NCBI GenBank assembly: GCA_963805625.1
Contig: CAWDVE010000004.1
Coordinates: forward strand, 30,427 to 94,426
Direction: 5' to 3'
Source of the DNA: an uncultured Candidatus Rokubacteria bacterium
GTDB lineage: Bacteria; Methylomirabilota; Methylomirabilia; Rokubacteriales; DASRDR01
Length of the DNA stretch: 64,000 bases
Notes under the pieces: generated by a model
Seen by the model: the letters and a program-made list of their open reading frames with translations, nothing else
Told to the model about the DNA's origin: nothing
Databases searched by the model: none
Part shown: one piece after another, positions 55,539 through 63,621 of the stretch
Layout of the letters: each line of letters begins with the position of its first letter
Position numbering within the stretch: position 1 is the first letter of the stretch
Translations under genes and position numbers: made by a program

Positions 55539-56852
55539 ATGGTTTTCCCGAGCCGGATCATCAGCCTCGTGCTCACCGTGAGCCTGGTGGCCTCGGCCGG
55601 TCAGGCGCAATCCCCGCCGCCGAGCGCGCCCCCTCAGGGGCCGGCCGCCCTCACGCCGGATCAACTCGAACAGCTGCTGGCCCCGATCGCGCTCCACCCG
55701 GATCCCCTGGTGGGCCAGATCCTGATGGCCGCCACCTATCCGCTCGAGGTGGTCCAGGCGACCCGCTGGCTCCAGGACCCCAATAACGCGGCCCTGACCG
55801 GCTCCGCGCTGGCGGCGGCCCTCGACCTGCGGCCGTGGGATCCCAGCGTCAAGGCCCTCGTGCCCTTTCCCCAGATCCTGCGCATGATGGATAGCTCGCT
55901 CGAGTGGACGGAAGCCGTCGGCGACGCATTCCTGTCCGATCAGGCGGCCGTCATGGACGCGATCCAGCGGCTGCGCCAGCGGGCACAGTCGGCCGGGACC
56001 CTGGTCACCACCACGCAGCAGATGGTGGTGACGGCGGATCAGGCGATCGGCATCATCCCGGCCGATCCTCAGGTCGTCTACGTGCCGATGTATGACCCGG
56101 GTGCGGTGTACGGGACGTGGGTGTACGCGCCGAGTCCGTTCTTCGGATATCCCGTCGTCGCCCCGCTCGGGGGTATGGGGGGGCTCAGCTTCGGCGTCGG
56201 CATCGTCGTCGTGTCGTACTTGTGGGGCTGGCATAACTGGGATTGGCATCATCATCGTCTCCATGTCGACGACGACCGATTTCACCACATCAGCGGTCAC
56301 CATCCCCCACCGGGGGGCATCTGGCAGCACGACCCGGTCCATCGCCACGGGGTCCCGTATCGGGATCCGGGAACGCGCGCGCGCTTCGTGGGGGGCCCGC
56401 CCGTTGACGTGCGTGGCTACGGCCCTGGCCCTCCGGTGAGGCCGGGCACTCGTCCTGGTGGCACGCCGCCTCGGGCTGCCCCTCCACCGAGGAGCCCCGC
56501 CCCGCCCCGCGTGATGCCCGCCCCCGGCGCCGCCGGCCCTGGCCCCGCGGTGAAACCGGGCACTCATCCGTTGGCCAGAGTGCCGCCTCGGGCTCCTGCC
56601 CCGCCGCCGAGCCCCGTCCCGCGCCCCGTGACTCCTGCCGTCGGCGGGGCGCTTCGCCCGCTCGCCCCCGCCTTCGAGTCCTTCGGGCGAGGCGTCGACG
56701 TACGCACACACACCGAGCGCGGCCAGTCGAGCCGACAGTTCATCGCCCCGCCCTCGCTGCGGGCCCCAGCCACGCGTCCATTAAGCGGGGCGCGCCCCGG
56801 GGGGGCGCCCTCCGGGGGCACCAAGTCCGGGAGCGGCCAACCTCGCCGCTGA
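55539..56852 (+). CDS. DUF3300-family secreted protein with Pro-rich C-terminus
   Basis: Signal peptide MVFPSRIISLVLTVSLVASAGQAQ. ..LEQLLAPIALHPDPLVGQILMAATYPLEVVQATRWL.., ..WDPSVKALVPFPQIL.. are typical of DUF3300. Confidence 0.8.
   Translation: MVFPSRIISLVLTVSLVASAGQAQSPPPSAPPQGPAALTPDQLEQLLAPIALHPDPLVGQILMAATYPLEVVQATRWLQDPNNAALTGSALAAALDLRPWDPSVKALVPFPQILRMMDSSLEWTEAVGDAFLSDQAAVMDAIQRLRQRAQSAGTLVTTTQQMVVTADQAIGIIPADPQVVYVPMYDPGAVYGTWVYAPSPFFGYPVVAPLGGMGGLSFGVGIVVVSYLWGWHNWDWHHHRLHVDDDRFHHISGHHPPPGGIWQHDPVHRHGVPYRDPGTRARFVGGPPVDVRGYGPGPPVRPGTRPGGTPPRAAPPPRSPAPPRVMPAPGAAGPGPAVKPGTHPLARVPPRAPAPPPSPVPRPVTPAVGGALRPLAPAFESFGRGVDVRTHTERGQSSRQFIAPPSLRAPATRPLSGARPGGAPSGGTKSGSGQPRR
56436..56663 (+). 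repeat. In-frame imperfect tandem duplication (2 x 114 bp) inside the DUF3300 gene
   Basis: Unit 1 begins GTGAGGCCGGGCACTCGTCC.. at 56436. Unit 2 begins GTGAAACCGGGCACTCATCC.. at 56550. They encode VRPGTRPGGTPPRAAPPPRSPAPPRVMPAP.. and VKPGTHPLARVPPRAPAPPPSPVPRPVTPA... Confidence 0.7.
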
Positions 56853-56865
56853 GGGCCAAAGGACG

Positions 56866-57813
56866 ATGAGACGTCGCGCGGACCAGTCACACGCCGTCCA
56901 GGCAGGCTTATGGATCCTGGTGACGGCCTTCCTTCTGGTGGCCGTGAGCACGCCGGGGTGGACGGCCGATGGGCCCCCGGCGACGTTCGCCTCCCCGGAG
57001 CAGGCCGTGGACGCGCTCGTGACCGCCACCCGGAATACCCGGTTGGCCGAGCTGCGCCAGATCCTGGGGATGGAGGGCCGGGCCCTGATCTGGTCCGGCG
57101 ATCGGGTCGCCGATCGAGTGGGGCGGGACAAGTTCATCGCGGCCTACGACCACGGCCATCGGCTCGAGATGACGGGCCCGACCCGAGGGGTTCTGATCGT
57201 CGGCCCCGAGCAGTGGCCTTTCCCCATCCCCTTGGTTCGCGACAGGACGGGCTGGCACTTCGACACACCCGCCGGTGTCCAGGAGATTCTGAATCGACGC
57301 GTCGGGCGGAACGAGCTCAATGTCATCGAGGTCTGCCGGGTCTTCGTCGTGGCGCAGCGCGAGTATGCCGCGCGGGACCCGATGGGGACCGGCCTCGCGG
57401 AGTTCGCCCAGCGCTTCCTCAGCACGCCGGGGACCCGCGACGGCCTGTACTGGCCGACCCAGCCCGGCGAGCAGGACAGCCCGCTCGGGCCTCTGGTCGC
57501 CAGCGCCCGGGCCGAGGGCTACCAGCACACGCCGGCCGCGCAGCCCGTCCCGTACCACGGCTACTACTACCGGATGCTCACGCGTCAGGAGGCCAACGCC
57601 CCCGGAGGTCCGCGCGACTACATCGTCGACGGCCACATGCGGGGAGGTTTCGCACTGGTGGCGGTCCCCGCGAAGTACGGCAACTCCGGCATCATGACGT
57701 TCCTCGTGAACCAGACCGGGATCGTCTACCAGAAGAACCTCGGCCCGGATACGCCGACCATCGCGGCCCAACTCTCGGCGTTCGACCCGGATGCCACGTG
57801 GACGACGCCCTGA
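56866..57813 (+). CDS. DUF2950-family secreted protein
   Basis: ..YHGYYYRMLTRQ..NAPGG..DYIVDGHMRGGFALVAVPAKYGNSGIMTFLVNQTGIVYQKNLG.. It is the usual partner of DUF3300 genes. Confidence 0.8.
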   Translation: MRRRADQSHAVQAGLWILVTAFLLVAVSTPGWTADGPPATFASPEQAVDALVTATRNTRLAELRQILGMEGRALIWSGDRVADRVGRDKFIAAYDHGHRLEMTGPTRGVLIVGPEQWPFPIPLVRDRTGWHFDTPAGVQEILNRRVGRNELNVIEVCRVFVVAQREYAARDPMGTGLAEFAQRFLSTPGTRDGLYWPTQPGEQDSPLGPLVASARAEGYQHTPAAQPVPYHGYYYRMLTRQEANAPGGPRDYIVDGHMRGGFALVAVPAKYGNSGIMTFLVNQTGIVYQKNLGPDTPTIAAQLSAFDPDATWTTP

Positions 57814-57905
57814 CGCGGTAGGTCTCGTGTCCGTCGTCCTCGACTACTGCTGAGCAAGGGAGATCGCCACTACTTCGAGTTCTGGCAAGCTCCGACATCC
57901 ATGGC

Positions 57906-58565
57906 CTATTTCCGAGCAAGGAAGGCGAGGAGGTCCGCCGTTTCTTCGGGGGTCAATTGTGGCCAGGTGCGGCGCTGGCTCTCGGTCTTGAGAGCCATGA
58001 GGAAGGAGTGGTTCCACATCGTCGCGAGGACGATCCAGGGACTCTCGGAGCCCTTCAGGCGATCGAAACCACCCCCGATCTTACCTGCCGCCCCATCGCC
58101 CGGGAGCGCGTGACACGCGAGACACCCCTTGCTCGTGACCAGCTGGCCGCCTCGCTGGGGATTGCCCGACTCGGAGAAGAATCGCTCCCCGCCGTCAACG
58201 GCTCCGGGTCGACTGAACGCATTCGGTGTGTAGAGAAAGGCAATCAGGTCGCTCATCTCGTACGGGGTGAGATACGGTCGATCAGCCCCCGAGGCCCAGA
58301 TGCGTCCTGACATGTGGGGCAGATGGTTCCACATGGCGGCGGCGAGGTCATAGAACGACCGCGGACGCGCGACGCGGCTGAGGTCGGGACCATTCTTGCC
58401 GCCCACGCCGTTCATCGCATGGCATCCCGCGCATCCCTTCGTCTCGAAGAGGCGTGCACCCGCGATCGGATCCTGAGTGGGGGTGAAGAGGACCTGGGGG
58501 AACGCAACTCCGAGAGTGCCGACGCATACGCCGGCGACCGCAACGAGTATCGCGATCTGTCGCAC
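57906..58565 (-). CDS. Dihaem c-type cytochrome
   Basis: Two CxxCH sites (CAGCHAM, CLACHAL) in two internally repeated modules (..MWNH..DL.AFL..). GTG start with a GAGGAGG SD. N-terminal TM/signal. Confidence 0.85.
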   Translation of the reverse strand: MRQIAILVAVAGVCVGTLGVAFPQVLFTPTQDPIAGARLFETKGCAGCHAMNGVGGKNGPDLSRVARPRSFYDLAAAMWNHLPHMSGRIWASGADRPYLTPYEMSDLIAFLYTPNAFSRPGAVDGGERFFSESGNPQRGGQLVTSKGCLACHALPGDGAAGKIGGGFDRLKGSESPWIVLATMWNHSFLMALKTESQRRTWPQLTPEETADLLAFLARK

Positions 58566-58567
58566 GC

Positions 58568-58765
58568 TTACCTCCTCGGCTGGCGCGAGCTGATACGGTC
58601 CAAGGGTTCAAGGGATGGTGCGCGGGCCGAACCGGCGGACGTCCGCCTCCTCTCGGGCCCCATCACCGTGGACCACTCGGCGTTGACGGATCGGGCCGGG
58701 CTGCCTAAAGGCTCGTCTCCTCCGGGCATTCCCGTGCAGGTGTCGTCGCTGATGGAGTAGGTCAT
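58568..58765 (-). CDS. Small hypothetical ORF (65 aa)
   Basis: G/C-rich third positions, ATGA overlap with the upstream ORF, and it ends 2 nt before the cytochrome start. No family recognised. Confidence 0.3.
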   Translation of the reverse strand: MTYSISDDTCTGMPGGDEPLGSPARSVNAEWSTVMGPERRRTSAGSARAPSLEPLDRISSRQPRR

Positions 58766-58992
58766 GCGCGGGCCTCGTCGACGCTGACTGGTTGGCGGAG
58801 GAACGACGGCAGGTACCGGAGCAACCGTGCTCCAACGACGTCATCGAAGACGTCCTCGAACGCGGCCCGGGATCTGGCGCGGCCAGACATGAGGGTCCAA
58901 ACGCCGGCCCAGTATAGCGCAGAGGCCCCGTGAGGTCGGTGGCCATGAGCTTCCGGGAGACGCGCCGTTTCCGCTCGTGCGGCGCCGTCCAC
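58762..58992 (-). CDS. Small hypothetical ORF
   Basis: Coding-like codon bias (..RAAFEDVFDDVVGARLLRYLPSFLRQPVSVDEARA*). The start is uncertain; an internal ATG would give 42 aa. Confidence 0.25.
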   Translation of the reverse strand: MDGAARAETARLPEAHGHRPHGASALYWAGVWTLMSGRARSRAAFEDVFDDVVGARLLRYLPSFLRQPVSVDEARA

Positions 58993-59152
58993 CGCGCGAT
59001 ACGGCGGGTGTGCGCGAGGAGACGGCCCCGCTCGCGCGGGACCCGGATGTGTCCGGATCGCTCGAGTATGTGACGCGGCGAAGTCCGCGCGGGATCAGTC
59101 GAACCGCCCTCCGTTCCGAACACGAGACGCGATGGATCCGACGCGGCGAGGG

Positions 59153-59168
59153 TGGCACGCGGATCGCA
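59153..59168 (+). promoter_or_regulatory. Sigma-54 (-24/-12) promoter candidate
   Basis: TGGCAC-gcgga-TCGCA with correct GG-N10-GC spacing, about 45 nt upstream of ATG 59212. Confidence 0.45.
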
Positions 59169-59211
59169 CCGTGAAGGCGCAGCGGTGAACCCTAACAGAT
59201 GGAGGTGCCCG

Positions 59212-59652
59212 ATGCGCTTTGTTCAGGGTCGTCTCGTTCCAGTGCTCGTCGGCGTGGTGCTCGCCGCGCCGGCGGCGTTCGCCCAGACCCCGGCGCCGCC
59301 CGCGGCAAAGCCCACGCCCACCATTGCCCAGGCGCCGACCCAGGCCCCCGCTCGCGTGCCGCTCAGCATCGCGCGCGGGGTGGTGAAGTCCATCGCCGAC
59401 AGCCGCCTCGTGATCGATCTGGGTCAGGCCGTCTCGGGGCCGGGGACTGGCCCGAGCGCGTTCATGCTGGACGCCCAGACGCAGATCCAGCGGCTCGGGC
59501 GGCCGCTCACCCCGAAGGACCTGAGAGTCGGGGACGCAGTGACGGTGGGTTATCAGATGCGCGGTGACAAGGCCGTGGCGAGCCGGGTCTGGCTGCGCTT
59601 CGGCGGATCGACGGCCGGCGCGCCGAGTGGCGCGGGATCCCAGCCGCGCTAG
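59212..59652 (+). CDS. Secreted hypothetical protein
   Basis: ATG 59212 has a GGAGGTG SD. Signal peptide MRFVQGRLVPVLVGVVLAAPAAFAQ, an Ala/Pro-rich linker, then a small beta-rich-looking domain (..GVVKSIADSRLVIDLG..LRVGDAVTVGY..). Confidence 0.6.
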   Translation: MRFVQGRLVPVLVGVVLAAPAAFAQTPAPPAAKPTPTIAQAPTQAPARVPLSIARGVVKSIADSRLVIDLGQAVSGPGTGPSAFMLDAQTQIQRLGRPLTPKDLRVGDAVTVGYQMRGDKAVASRVWLRFGGSTAGAPSGAGSQPR

Positions 59653-60863
59653 AGCGGCGGGCCCAGGGCCGCGGGCGGGGCATCCGTCTCGCCTGCGGCC
59701 TTGGGTGATTCCTCGTCGAGCGTCACCCGGATGCCGTGGGCCCCGAGCTCGCGGAGCAAATAGTCGACCGTCGCCCCCGCCACGACCGCTTCCGGGCGCT
59801 GGACACCGCGCGCCGCGATCTCGTCCCCGGCGATCATGCGGGCGACGACCGAGGCCGTGAATCCGGTCGTGCGGGCCATGGCCGTGAAACCGTCCCTCCA
59901 GCGGTCCACCATTTCCGCTCGCATGCGCCACGGCTGTCCTGCCCGCGTGCCGACGGCCTCCACGCGCAGCAGCGCGAGATCGTGCTCGCCGGGCTCGAGG
60001 CGGACGCGCGGGTAGAGGAGCGCATCGAGGAAGCGCTTGGGCACCACCGAGGCGCCGTCGACGGTGACGGGTGTCTCGCCGAGGAGACCGAGCTCCCGGA
60101 GCAGGGTCGCCTTCGACGCGTATCCTGGCCAGCGCACCGTCTTCTGGGTTCCGACCCGAAGCCCTCGGAGCGCGGGGATCTGGAGAAGGGACACCGCGAA
60201 GCCCTCGTGCCAGGCCTCGAGTTCGCCCACGCTCGGAAAGGCCACAGGCTCCACGCCCGAGTAGCGAGGCTGCGCGACGACACGGCCATCCGCGACGGTG
60301 AGGGCTGGCGCCTCCCGGAGGGGAAGCTCGCGGCCGCCGAACACGATCTTGTAGCCGAGCGGCGGCGCCGGCCGCGCCGGGATGCCGCCGCACAGGATGT
60401 GGAGCTCGTCGACGTGGTCGAGCCGCTCCGCCAGCCGGCGCGCCAGGATCTCGGTGAGCCCGGGCTCGAGCCCGCAGCCCAGGACGACGAGCCCCTCGTG
60501 GCGCGCTACCTCCGCCGCCAGAGCGGGGACGGTGTCCGCGCCGCGCGCCGAGAGGGTGACAAGCCGGGCGCCGGCCTCGAGCGAGGCCTGGATCGCCAGC
60601 GGGCTTGCCCGCGTCGGGAGCGCGTCGACCGCGACGTCGTGACGCCGGAGAAGCGCGACCGCCGCCGCCCGGTCGGCGAGGTCCAGGCACGCAGGCCGCA
60701 GCTTGGCCGCGCCCGGGCGGTTTGCGAGACTGGCGAGGGCGGCGTCGAGCTGAGCAGGGCTCTGGTCGCAGAGGCCCACCTCCGCGATCTCGGAGCTGGC
60801 CATCGCCTCGGCGGCGACCGCCGGGCCCATCAGGCCCGCTCCGAGGACGACGAGCCGGCTCAC
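59649..60863 (-). CDS. Saccharopine dehydrogenase-family NAD(P)-binding oxidoreductase
   Basis: The Rossmann motif VVLGAGLMGPAVA follows directly after GTG 60863. The ORF-track ATG 60932 adds 23 Arg/Pro-rich residues. Confidence 0.7.
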   Translation of the reverse strand: MSRLVVLGAGLMGPAVAAEAMASSEIAEVGLCDQSPAQLDAALASLANRPGAAKLRPACLDLADRAAAVALLRRHDVAVDALPTRASPLAIQASLEAGARLVTLSARGADTVPALAAEVARHEGLVVLGCGLEPGLTEILARRLAERLDHVDELHILCGGIPARPAPPLGYKIVFGGRELPLREAPALTVADGRVVAQPRYSGVEPVAFPSVGELEAWHEGFAVSLLQIPALRGLRVGTQKTVRWPGYASKATLLRELGLLGETPVTVDGASVVPKRFLDALLYPRVRLEPGEHDLALLRVEAVGTRAGQPWRMRAEMVDRWRDGFTAMARTTGFTASVVARMIAGDEIAARGVQRPEAVVAGATVDYLLRELGAHGIRVTLDEESPKAAGETDAPPAALGPPL

Positions 60864-60944
60864 GGCCGCTCCGGCCCGGTGCAGTGAGTCACGCACCGGC
60901 CCTGGACCACGGGCTCGCGGGGCCGGCCGCACCGCCGGAAGCGC

Positions 60945-61844
60945 TCAGTCGCGGACCGGGTCGGGTGGCGTCTTCCGGTAGTCGTAGAAGCCCTTGCCGG
61001 TTTTCCGGCCGAGATCGCCGCGCTTGACCCGCTTCTCGAGCTCAGCGGGCGGCCGGTCCCGGGGATCGTGCGTCGACTCGTAGGTCTCGAGCCGGGCGTT
61101 GTAGCCGATGTCGAGGCCGGACAGGTCGCCCAGCCGGAAGGGGCCCATCGGGAAGTTGAGGCCCAGCTCGACGGCCTTGTCGATCTCCCAGAATGGCGCC
61201 ACCCCCTGCTCGAGCAGGAAGTACGCTTCGTTGCCGAGCGCGCGGAGGATGCGGTTGACCAGGAAGCCCGGCAGCTCCTTCCGCAGCACGACCGGTTCGC
61301 GCCCGATGCGACGCACGAGCTCCGTGGTCGTGTCGAGTACCGCCTCCGACGTCCACTGGCCCTTCACCACCTCGACCAGGCGCATGACGAGCGGCGGAAA
61401 GAAGAAGTGCATGTTCACGCACTGTGCGGGCCGTGTCGTCGCGGGGGCGATGAGGGAGTTACCGAGCGTCGAGGAGTTGGTCGCCAGGATCGCGTGGCGC
61501 GGGGCGGCGCGGTCCAGGCGCGCGAAACACTCCTTCTTCGGCTCGAGCCGCTCGACGATCGCCTCGATGACGAAATCGGCGTCCCGGGCGGCCCGGTCGA
61601 GTTCCGGCTCCAGGCGGACGCGGCCGACCGCCGCGTCCATCTCGGCCTGGCTCATCTGTCCCTTGGCCACGCGGCGATCGAGATGGCCGCGGTTTCCCGC
61701 CATGGCTTTGTCCAGGATCGCGGCCGAGAGGTCGTTGAGCGTCACCGCGTAGCCGTGGAGGGCCGCCTGCATCGCGATCTGGGCGCCCATCTGGCCCGCG
61801 CCCACCACCAGGATCCGCTTGACGTCGTCGATCGCCACCGTCAT
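60945..61844 (-). CDS. 3-hydroxyacyl-CoA (3-hydroxybutyryl-CoA) dehydrogenase
   Basis: ILVVGAGQMGAQIAMQAALHGY.., ..ATNSST.., ..HFFFPP.., ..GFLVNRIL... Confidence 0.85.
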   Translation of the reverse strand: MTVAIDDVKRILVVGAGQMGAQIAMQAALHGYAVTLNDLSAAILDKAMAGNRGHLDRRVAKGQMSQAEMDAAVGRVRLEPELDRAARDADFVIEAIVERLEPKKECFARLDRAAPRHAILATNSSTLGNSLIAPATTRPAQCVNMHFFFPPLVMRLVEVVKGQWTSEAVLDTTTELVRRIGREPVVLRKELPGFLVNRILRALGNEAYFLLEQGVAPFWEIDKAVELGLNFPMGPFRLGDLSGLDIGYNARLETYESTHDPRDRPPAELEKRVKRGDLGRKTGKGFYDYRKTPPDPVRD

Positions 61845-61897
61845 CGTTCTCTCCTTAGGTCAGGCCCTGGCTTCGGGAGGATTGCCCCGCGGGCGCT

Positions 61898-63538
61898 CTA
61901 GATCGCGAGCGCGTAGCCGTCGCGCCGCGGGTCGGCCCCGCCCTGGAGCGCGCCGGACTCCGGATCGCGCCGGATGCCCTGGCCGCCGCCGACGACCCAC
62001 GACCAGTCCTCGATCACGTTGACCTGGTGACCGCGCGCCGCCAGGCCTGCCCGCACGCTCTCCGGGATGCGGCCCTCGACGTCCACCAGGCGGTCGCGAT
62101 ACGCGCGCACGCGCGGCGCCTCGATCGCCTCCTGCACCGTCATGCCGAACTCGACCACGTTCAGCAGCATCTGCGGCGTGGTCTGGAGGATGCCGTACGA
62201 GCCCGGCGTGCCAATCGACAGGAGGAACGCCCCGTCGCGGAAGACCTGGGTTGGCGCCATGCGCGTCTGCATCGGCGCGCCACCCCGGAGAACCGCCGGG
62301 CTGCCGGGCTCGACGTCCGCCCACATGAGGAGGTTGTTGAGGAGCATGCCGGTGCCCGGGACCATCACGCCGGAGCCGAACGGGCTCCCGAGCGTCTGGG
62401 TGACCGTGACCACGGTGCCGTCCCCGTCGGCCACCGCGAAGTGCGTGGTGTGCTCCTTCGCGAAATCGGCCGGATGCCCCGGGAGGATCTCGCCGGGGAG
62501 GCGCTCGGCGCTCCACCGCTCGCCGCCGGAGACACCGGCCCGCCGGGGATCGATGAGCGAGCGCCGGTGGGCCGCGTAGCGGGGCGAGATGAGACCGGCG
62601 ATGGGGGCGTCCGGATGCAGCACGTCGAGGCCGACCCGGTCCGCGGAGGCGACCTTGGCCGCCTCGATGAAATGGTGGAGGTACTCGACCGAGTTGTGGC
62701 CCATGCTCTTGAGGTCGAACCCCTCGAGGAGATGGAGCGTCTGGACCGACTGGAGGGCATTGGTCGGCGGGGGCGGGACGCACACCTCGTGGCCGTGAAA
62801 GCCGACGGCGAGCGGCGTGCCCCACGTCGGCCGGTAACCGGCGAGGTCGGCTTCCGTGATCCAGCCGCTCTGCGCTTCCATCGCCCGGGCGATCGCGCGC
62901 GCGATGGGGCCGCGGTAGAACGCCTCGGCGCCGCCCTCGGCGAGCTGCCTGAGCGTCGCGCCGAGGTCCTTCTGCACGAGCACCATTCCGGCCCGGGGCA
63001 CCTCGCCGCCGACCAGAAATGTACGCTCGGCTTCTGCCGAGTGGGCGAGCTGTGGGCGCGCCTTCCGGAGGAACTCGACGTTCTTCACCGTGAGCGGGAA
63101 GCCGTCCTCCGCCAGCCGGATCGCCGGCGTCATGACGGTCGCGCGGGGAACCTTGCCGTAGCGCTCGTGGAGCCCGAGGGTCGCCGCGACCAGCCCGGGC
63201 ACGCCGATCGAGCGTGGGCCGGCCTTGAGATCCTCGGCGGTCACGCGCGACGGGTCCGCGGCGGCCGGCATCCGGCCGGCCGACACCACGGCCTCGCGGC
63301 GCCCCCGGTGGAACACGAGGAGCGTCGCGACGCCGCCCGGGCCGGACATGTACGGCTCGACGACGTGAAGGGCGAAGGACGTCGCGAGCGCGGCGTCGAT
63401 GGCCGAGCCGCCCTGAAGGAGGATCTCGATCCCCGCCATCGCGGCAAGGGGATGGGCGGCCGCCACGCAGCCGCGAAGGCCCATCACGGTCGGCCGGAAC
63501 GCGCCCCCGTGCGGGGTCAGACTTTGATTTCCCGACAT
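61898..63538 (-). CDS. Gamma-glutamyltransferase family protein
   Basis: ..GCVAAAHPLAAMAGIEILLQGGSAIDAA.., nucleophile region HTTHFAVADGDG.., ..FGSGVMVPGTGMLLNN... ATG 63538 has an AGGAGGA SD 5 nt upstream and lies inside the repeat arm. Confidence 0.85.
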   Translation of the reverse strand: MSGNQSLTPHGGAFRPTVMGLRGCVAAAHPLAAMAGIEILLQGGSAIDAALATSFALHVVEPYMSGPGGVATLLVFHRGRREAVVSAGRMPAAADPSRVTAEDLKAGPRSIGVPGLVAATLGLHERYGKVPRATVMTPAIRLAEDGFPLTVKNVEFLRKARPQLAHSAEAERTFLVGGEVPRAGMVLVQKDLGATLRQLAEGGAEAFYRGPIARAIARAMEAQSGWITEADLAGYRPTWGTPLAVGFHGHEVCVPPPPTNALQSVQTLHLLEGFDLKSMGHNSVEYLHHFIEAAKVASADRVGLDVLHPDAPIAGLISPRYAAHRRSLIDPRRAGVSGGERWSAERLPGEILPGHPADFAKEHTTHFAVADGDGTVVTVTQTLGSPFGSGVMVPGTGMLLNNLLMWADVEPGSPAVLRGGAPMQTRMAPTQVFRDGAFLLSIGTPGSYGILQTTPQMLLNVVEFGMTVQEAIEAPRVRAYRDRLVDVEGRIPESVRAGLAARGHQVNVIEDWSWVVGGGQGIRRDPESGALQGGADPRRDGYALAI

Positions 63539-63621
63539 TTTGGTCCTCCTGATGTCACGCTTGTTCTCACCGACCACCCCCACCGCATCATCGGGAATTG
63601 TCGGGAAGTCAAGTCCGTCAG
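63513..63621. repeat. Palindromic intergenic element, copy 2
   Basis: Arm GGGGTCAGACTTTGATTTCCCGACATT (63513-63539) is near-identical to the copy 1 left arm. The opposing arm AATTGTCGGGAAGTCAAGTCCGTCAG (63596-63621) is an imperfect reverse complement. Confidence 0.75.

Noticed and set aside
63539-63583. 15-codon extension (MGVVGENKRDIRRTK) of the GGT gene.
   Set aside because: It lies in the repeat loop. ATG 63538 has an AGGAGGA SD at ideal spacing.
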